Shown here: positions 59,815-60,633 of the stretch, piece by piece | Position numbering within the stretch: position 1 is the stretch's first letter | Layout of the letters: each line of letters opens with the position of its first letter | From: Nemertoderma westbladi | Lineage: Eukaryota; Animalia; Xenacoelomorpha | NCBI GenBank assembly: GCA_032718475.1 | Contig: JAUCBJ010008283.1 | Span: 1 to 60,633, forward strand | Direction of reading: 5' to 3' | Length of the DNA stretch: 60,633 nucleotides | Translations under genes and position numbers: made by a program | The notes under the pieces: generated by a model | Databases searched by the model: none | The model's input: only the letters and a program-made list of their open reading frames with translations | Told to the model about the DNA's origin: nothing

Positions 59815-59912
59815 TTGCTAAACAACATCCAACCTGCCTGCAGTTTTCCTCCGCTAATAACATTCTCCCATGTCTGGTTAATAAGAACTCTCTGAGCCTC
59901 TGTAAGCCCCAT
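59815..59912 (-). CDS. Globin exon 1 (A-B helices)
   Basis: MGLTEAQRVLINQTWENVISGGKLQAGWMLFS-AA|gtaagt; the phase-2 intron fits the conserved B12.2 position. Not in the ORF track. Confidence 0.93.
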
Positions 59913-60633
59913 TGCGTAATAATGTGATAAGTTATCGCAAATATATGTTTAGGATACAGATAGATCGTCAACGGCAGTTAATTTATCAGTAAATTAGCAT
60001 TAGAATCAGTAAGCATTAGATCAAAGAAAGATAATTACCCGTCACAGACAATTTCTGCCAACACAAACCGCGGCCTACAGAATCAGAAGTCTAACTGATA
60101 AAGTGTACTGTACATTGTACTCTAATTGAGTTTTATAATTAACGGTTTATTTATTTTGGTCCTTTCTCACAATGTGCCCTATATTATATGGTGGTTGATG
60201 GGTATACCAAGTACAGTAGTATCAGCTGATTGTGTTGGTTGGAATCATCGCTTTGTTCGGCTCTGTCGGATGAAATTACTACTGATGGCCTATGCTGGGT
60301 TTAATAATGTTCTGTTATATCTGTTATCTAAGCATGTTGACCAACCACGCTCCGTGTACCTGTGGCATAGGTGACAAGTTATGAGCTGTGACGATCACGA
60401 AAGATAATAGTTTCCACCAACTAAAGCAGAGGATGGGAGGGGGATTTTAACTTGAATGCCAAAGTTTTCATTTATAGAGAAATCAGGAGGTCCATATTGC
60501 TTTAGAGGATATAAGAAATTCTAAACAAACACCCCGGGTGGTCGCTTGTCGTGAACCCAATTAAAACTGTTCACGATTTAAGTAAAATATGTTTGTGTTG
60601 AGGTGATGGGTAATAAGACAGGTGGGGGGGGGG

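Overview
AT-rich animal (probably marine invertebrate) genomic DNA with spliceosomal introns. Two host genes converge: the 3' two-thirds of a TRPC-family cation channel on + (7 coding exons, 19029-40938, closest in motif to the C. elegans trp-1-like clade) and a complete 3-exon, 157-aa intracellular globin on - (59912-53449, B12.2/G7.0 introns). Most remaining sequence is repetitive. The most striking object is a 10.9-kb BEL/Pao LTR element (5834-16735, - strand, 1230-bp LTRs with no mismatch seen by eye, GGATC target duplication) nested in a LINE whose ORF is otherwise still open. It keeps an intact gag-protease ORF but has lost RT and integrase by in-frame deletion. It has no tRNA-type primer-binding site, only a 10-nt match to its own LTR. 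In the env position it carries a structured leader plus two unexplained ORFs, one a triple zinc-knuckle protein with a basic tail. Also present: a near-intact RTE LINE inserted into a minisatellite, three CRE-like LINE relics, several MITEs, a tRNA-like sequence and about a dozen unrelated tandem arrays, some visibly seeded from splice donors, hairpins or MITE terminal motifs. All calls come from manual reading; no searches were run.
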